Positions 27,519 to 32,000 of a DNA stretch of 32,000 nucleotides are shown piece by piece. The DNA is from Caedibacter taeniospiralis (GTDB lineage Bacteria > Pseudomonadota > Gammaproteobacteria > Francisellales > Francisellaceae): contig NZ_PGGB02000013.1 of NCBI RefSeq assembly GCF_002803295.2, positions 5,826 to 37,825 of the forward strand. The letters run 5' to 3'. The position numbers were made by a program, and so were the translations under genes. Below the pieces are notes generated by a model. That model made no database searches, was not told the origin of the DNA, and worked only from the letters and a program-made list of their open reading frames with translations. Position 1 is the stretch's first letter, and every line of letters begins with the position of its first letter.

Positions 27519-27733
27519 CCTTTAGTGTCAGAGGCGTCACTAATCCAACCTATAACATCGTGTTCATGCTGGTCATTAGCCAAAAGCTTAGACTGTCTTA
27601 AACATTCTTGCTTAAATCCAGCCTTTCGTGTATCGGGAACCCAAATTTGGACAGGTCTTAGACCTTGTGCTTTTAATTCATCCCTGTGTTGTTTGACTCT
27701 TTCCTGAATTGTTTTTGCCATTTCAATCTCCAA
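27509..27733 (-). CDS. Antitoxin MazE-like, DUF3018 type
   Basis: VKQHRDELKAQGLRPVQIWVPDTRKAGFKQECLRQSKLLAN...VIGWISDASDTKGW. Overlaps mazF. Confidence 0.88.
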   Translation of the reverse strand: MEIEMAKTIQERVKQHRDELKAQGLRPVQIWVPDTRKAGFKQECLRQSKLLANDQHEHDVIGWISDASDTKGWI

Positions 27734-27910
27734 TCACTTTGTTTCATGTAACAATTGTAGCCTGCATCTTCAATTTATACAACGAGTTCTATTGTCAAAA
27801 TTAAATCCCTATTCTGCGGGAGCGTGGGAACGAGGATAGCGCACCTCTTCGACTTAGCTTTGGTAGCAGTAGGAACCTTGAGCGAGGATGTGGATGTGAC
27901 CACAGCCGTT

Positions 27911-29320
27911 TTATTTTACTTGATTAATAAGATATTGCGTAAGCATTGGCACAGGACGACCAGTGGCTGTGGCTTTTTCAAAGCCTGTCATGGCAGAACC
28001 AGCTACATCGAGGTGTGCCCAGGTGTAGTTCTCAGTAAATTTAGATAAGAAAAGCGCTGCGGTAATGCTGCCAGCAGCAGGACCTCCAATGTTATTCATA
28101 TCGGCAACATCACTTTTTAGCAGTTCATGGTAAGGGGCATGTAAAGGCATGTGCCAGGCAGGATCATGACTCTCTTTAGAGGCAAGTTTAAGATCGCCTG
28201 CCAAGGTGTCATTGTTGGAAAAAAGACCCGTAAGATCACCACCTAAAGCGACGACCATAGCACCTGTCAACGTAGCGATATCAATGACGACTTTTGGCTT
28301 ATAGCGTTCAATATAAGTAAGGGTATCACAGAGTACCAAACGACCTTCTGCATCGGTGTTTCCGATTTCAACGGTAATTCCTTTCATGCTGGTAAGAACA
28401 TCGCCAGGGCGATATGAATTACCGTCCAGTGAGTTTTCTACTAAAGCAACGACACCAATAACATTGATAGGTAGTTTTAAGCGCGTAATTGCCTGTATGG
28501 TACCGAAAACTGAGGCCGCACCACCCATATCCATTTTCATGCTGCTCATGCTTTGCCATGGCTTTAAGCATAGCCCACCCGTGTCATACACCAGACCCTT
28601 ACCGACAAGGACAATTGGCTGATCTTCTTTTTTACCACCACGGTATTCCATACAAGCGATATAGCTGGGCATGGGAGAACCGCGCCCAACCGCACTAATG
28701 CAGCCCATGCCAAGTTTTAGCATTTCCTCTTCGCCAATATAGTGCAATGAGCAATGATCATTCGTTGCCACTAGTTTTTTTGCTTCATTTAACAGGTAAT
28801 CAGTTGAACAAATGTTGGCTGGAAGGTTTTTCAGATCTTTGGCATAGTTCTGAGCATTGGCAATCGCCTGGGAGATCTTAATGTCACGTGTAACTTCACT
28901 CACGCTTTGAGTGATAATATCAACCTGTTTTAATTTGAAAGTCTCTTTTTCAGATTTTAACTGGTCAAACACGTACGACGAATTAATAAGTGCTTCAACA
29001 AACAGGCGTGTGCAGTTATCGCCCAAAGTTGATGTATCAACAGCAAACGTATCGATACTCAGTGCTTTTAGTTGACTATAAAGCGTATTAAGTGCCTTGC
29101 GGATGCTATGTGCATTCAGTTTATCTTTTTTGCCTAAGCCGATGGCAAGATAATTTTTATTTTTGCCCTCGCCTAACGCAAAATAGCTACTTGCTGCTTT
29201 TGCAGTGAAAACTTCCTTGTCTTGCGCTTTTTTAATGACATCTATTGTACTTACTGAGTCTTCAAGCACAAAGACAACCTCAGTGGTGCACGGGCTTTGG
29301 TTTAGTGTATTAATCTGCAT
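27911..29320 (-). CDS. pepA: M17 leucyl aminopeptidase
   Basis: VGKGLVYDTGGLCLKP, MKMDMGGAA, and NTDAEGRLVLCD. The start is placed at MQINTLNQ. Confidence 0.92.
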   Translation of the reverse strand: MQINTLNQSPCTTEVVFVLEDSVSTIDVIKKAQDKEVFTAKAASSYFALGEGKNKNYLAIGLGKKDKLNAHSIRKALNTLYSQLKALSIDTFAVDTSTLGDNCTRLFVEALINSSYVFDQLKSEKETFKLKQVDIITQSVSEVTRDIKISQAIANAQNYAKDLKNLPANICSTDYLLNEAKKLVATNDHCSLHYIGEEEMLKLGMGCISAVGRGSPMPSYIACMEYRGGKKEDQPIVLVGKGLVYDTGGLCLKPWQSMSSMKMDMGGAASVFGTIQAITRLKLPINVIGVVALVENSLDGNSYRPGDVLTSMKGITVEIGNTDAEGRLVLCDTLTYIERYKPKVVIDIATLTGAMVVALGGDLTGLFSNNDTLAGDLKLASKESHDPAWHMPLHAPYHELLKSDVADMNNIGGPAAGSITAALFLSKFTENYTWAHLDVAGSAMTGFEKATATGRPVPMLTQYLINQVK

Positions 29321-29403
29321 GTCATTCCTCATCATTTAGATACTCTACCAGGCTGGCTAGTGTCGCATAGATAAAAGGCTTAAGGCAAGCTGCAAATAGC
29401 AGA

Positions 29404-29925
29404 TTAGAACTCGTAGCTTACCCCAAGGGTATAAGCATCTGCAAAAGGCTGTTTGCCACCGTTATCAAGGAAGTAACGGCTACTTTGGAAAAACAGGTTA
29501 AAGCCTAAGATTTGATAACCCACACCGATAGCAACCGCTGGGCGCCATAGCGTATTAGGAAATGGGCTTTCATCCACGCCACTAATTCGATTATAGGCAT
29601 AGCCTAGCTTAGCCATTAAATTTAAACCAAGTGGCAGATCCAGCTTGGCTGTGGCATATAAGGGGATAGTCGTTAAATTCCCCGTTTGATTATTCAGTTT
29701 GACGGTACTGTTGAGATAGTTAAGCTCAGTTTCCACACCAACCTTCAAAAAAGAAATTATCGGAAACTGATAACCGACAAGCAAACCTGTGGTGACGTTA
29801 TTATTGGCATTAAGCTCGCTTGATGAATGACTTACTCCTCCTTGAGCACCGATGTAAATCCCCGCATATGCTGAACCAGAAGCAATAAGACCTGCTACAG
29901 TCATAGATGCTAATATTTTTTTCAT
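29404..29925 (-). CDS. Small outer-membrane beta-barrel (OmpA/OMP_b-brl-like) protein
   Basis: Signal peptide MKKILASMTVAGLIASGSAYA; alternating beta strands ending in YTLGVSYEF. Confidence 0.8.
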   Translation of the reverse strand: MKKILASMTVAGLIASGSAYAGIYIGAQGGVSHSSSELNANNNVTTGLLVGYQFPIISFLKVGVETELNYLNSTVKLNNQTGNLTTIPLYATAKLDLPLGLNLMAKLGYAYNRISGVDESPFPNTLWRPAVAIGVGYQILGFNLFFQSSRYFLDNGGKQPFADAYTLGVSYEF

Positions 29926-29948
29926 GATCTTAAATCCTTATAAAGTTA

Positions 29949-31400
29949 TTAAACATTGTACCCAGAAGAGGATACATGGGTATTTGAGCCAATCCAGTCA
30001 GTGTGGAAAAACTCACCACGCGGTTTATCCAGGCGCTCATAAGTATGTGCGCCAAAGTAATCGCGTTGTGCTTGTAACAGGTTTGCTGGTAATCTTCCTG
30101 TAGTGAACCCGTCAAAAAAGCTTAAGCTCGAAGTCAAGGCAGGCATCGTAATCCCCGCTTCAACCGCTTTTGCAACAATTCTTCTAACGCTGGGTAAAGC
30201 TTTCTTAAGAATCACGCTAAAGTAGTCATCAAATAGCAGGTTTTCTAATTTTGGGTTTTTAGCAAACGCTGCCTTGATTTTATCTAAAAATACACTGCGG
30301 ATAATACAGCCTTCACGCCACATCAAGGCAATATCACCGTAGTTCAAAGACCAATCGTGCTCTGTTGAGGCTTCTTGCATCAGCATATAACCTTGTGCAT
30401 AAGAAATAATTTTGGCAAATAAAAGTGCCTGTTGCAGATCGGATAACAGCTCATCTGAGGCACTAAGCTTGTGAAAGCTTTTCTTGCCATAAACGCTTTC
30501 CGCCTGTAAGCGAATAGCTTTTTGTGAAGAGATACAACGCGCAAAAACACTCTCGGCAATTAAGGTCAAAGGGATACCTAAATCCAGGGCATTAATGCCA
30601 GTCCACTTACCTGTGCCTTTTTGACCTGCGGTATCTAAGATGCGATCAATCACATAGCCTTCAGTATCCTTGAATTTCAAAATATTAGCAGTGATCTCAA
30701 TCAAATAACTATTAAGTTCTGTGTTATTCCATTGATTAAAGATTTCACTTAGGTTTTCGTTATCTAATCCAAGCAAATCTTTCATAAACTGATAGGCTTC
30801 ACAAATCAGCTGCATGTCACCATATTCAATGCCGTTGTGGACCATTTTGACAAAGTGTCCCGCGCCTCCACTGCCAACCCATTCGCAACAAGGCTCACCA
30901 TTGGGTGTTTTGGCGGCAATCGCCTGGAAAATTGGCTTAACAGCACCCCAGGCTTCAGTCATCCCACCAGGCATCATGGAGGGTCCAAAACGCGCCCCTT
31001 CTTCGCCCCCTGAAACCCCTGTGCCAATAAAATAAATGCCTTTTGCTTTAAGCACATGGGCACGGCGTTCAGTATCGGTAAAATTAGAATTACCGCCATC
31101 AATGATGATATCCCCTGTGTCTAAATGCGGGACTAAAGTATCAATAAACTGATCAATGACATCACCCGCTTTAACCATAAGCATGATTTTGCGCGGGCTT
31201 TTGAGTTTAGAAATCATATCTTCAATCGAGTAAGCCCCAATAATATTGGTCCCTTTGGCATTACCATTCAAAAACTCATCTACCTTACTGGTCGTACGAT
31301 TGTAGGCGACGACGTGAAAGCCGTGATCGTTCATGTTTAAGATAAGATTTTGACCCATCACTGCTAAGCCGATAACAGCGATATCCCCCTTTTGTTGCAT
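29949..31400 (-). CDS. gnd: 6-phosphogluconate dehydrogenase (decarboxylating)
   Basis: IAVIGLAVMGQNLILNMNDHGFHVVAYNRT, GTGVSGGEEGARFGPSMMPGG, and C-terminal RDYFGAHTYERLDKPRGEFFHTDW. Confidence 0.94.
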   Translation of the reverse strand: MQQKGDIAVIGLAVMGQNLILNMNDHGFHVVAYNRTTSKVDEFLNGNAKGTNIIGAYSIEDMISKLKSPRKIMLMVKAGDVIDQFIDTLVPHLDTGDIIIDGGNSNFTDTERRAHVLKAKGIYFIGTGVSGGEEGARFGPSMMPGGMTEAWGAVKPIFQAIAAKTPNGEPCCEWVGSGGAGHFVKMVHNGIEYGDMQLICEAYQFMKDLLGLDNENLSEIFNQWNNTELNSYLIEITANILKFKDTEGYVIDRILDTAGQKGTGKWTGINALDLGIPLTLIAESVFARCISSQKAIRLQAESVYGKKSFHKLSASDELLSDLQQALLFAKIISYAQGYMLMQEASTEHDWSLNYGDIALMWREGCIIRSVFLDKIKAAFAKNPKLENLLFDDYFSVILKKALPSVRRIVAKAVEAGITMPALTSSLSFFDGFTTGRLPANLLQAQRDYFGAHTYERLDKPRGEFFHTDWIGSNTHVSSSGYNV

Positions 31401-31622
31401 ATTGATGCTTCCGAAAATCATTGTGCCAGGCATTTTAAAGCTTTGCGCCAGCAAGATAAAGGCTTTTAGCAGAAAAGCAAACAGGTTGAGTATTGGTGGA
31501 TGCGCCTTTGGCTTATCCACCCTGCACTAAGTACGTTACCAAGTTGGCAATTCATCAGTTATAGAGTCATGTCAAAGTCAAAAATGGCTCACCTCAATTG
31601 ATGACTAAGGATTCATTACGCC

Positions 31623-32000
31623 TTAGGCTACCTGAAAAGCGGATTTGACAATCACTTGTTTATGATTAAACGCTAAACCAAGCTTCAATATGCGCTTTAC
31701 TTGAGATTGAGATGTTAGCTCAGTGCTGTAATTTTTAGCATCAATCTGGCTTAGCGCTTGCCTGGCAAGTTTGTCTAAGTTTTCACTGCCATCTTCCCTG
31801 GCATGCTTAAATTCCATCACTATGCCTAAATCGTGCTTTTGATTATTGGCTAAGGGATAAAGTAGCACATCGGGATAACCATCTCCCGATTCATGATTGG
31901 AGTGGATAATATGAGTTGATCTTAGGGAGGCGATTAAGCCCAACACCAGTCCATGATAAAACTTCTCGGCGGTATAGCCTGTGTCTCTGACACTTAAGGC
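31623..32000 (-). CDS. C-terminal part of an AAA-ATPase-like/PD-(D/E)XK nuclease superfamily (DUF1703-like) protein, running off the window edge
   Basis: The open frame continues to the window end (ALSVRDTGYTAEKFYHGLVLGLIASLRS...SNHESGDGYPDVLLYP...GIVMEFKHA...ALSQIDAKNY). Confidence 0.75.
   Translation of the reverse strand, partial: ALSVRDTGYTAEKFYHGLVLGLIASLRSTHIIHSNHESGDGYPDVLLYPLANNQKHDLGIVMEFKHAREDGSENLDKLARQALSQIDAKNYSTELTSQSQVKRILKLGLAFNHKQVIVKSAFQVA

Noticed and set aside
29949-31520. N-terminal extension of gnd (MDKPKAHPPILNLFAFLLKAF...)
   Set aside because: The canonical Rossmann start begins at MQQKGDIAVIGLAVMG. The upstream in-frame Met codons lack family support.

Overview
The window is mostly ordinary, densely packed gammaproteobacterial chromosome. 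In order it carries: the lon 3' end, hupB, a tRNA-like locus, ppiD-like, miaA, obgE/cgtA, an nlpD-like LysM/LytM gene, fumC, a btuF-like gene, an interrupted glpF, a nucleoside transporter, a DUF692/DUF2063 peptide-modification operon, an unannotated 6S RNA, a UPF0149 gene, two ubiH/visC-family hydroxylases, lplA, a K+ channel, an APC permease, ftsI, tyrS, a CACHE-like lipoprotein, two toxin-antitoxin modules, pepA, an outer-membrane protein, gnd, and a PD-(D/E)XK fragment at the edge. The observations most worth following up are: (1) a three-gene MNIO/bufferin-type RiPP operon whose precursor has an unusual 11-residue CG[A/S]NMKDSDG repeat core; (2) a 6S RNA on the minus strand at about 14102-14303, hidden under spurious ORFs, with a well-spaced sigma70 promoter; (3) a glpF gene with an in-frame TGA at an apparent conserved Trp codon, followed by an intact C-terminal tail; (4) a tRNA-like sequence between hupB and ppiD whose anticodon arm can zip into a 7-bp stem with a TGC triloop and whose T-stem is broken; (5) a 45-aa orphan peptide that looks like only the toxin-binding C-terminus of MazE; (6) a family of about 100-120 bp intergenic elements bounded by TTCCCGCCC/GGGCGGGAA inverted ends. 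All calls come from reading the sequence by eye; no database search was run.
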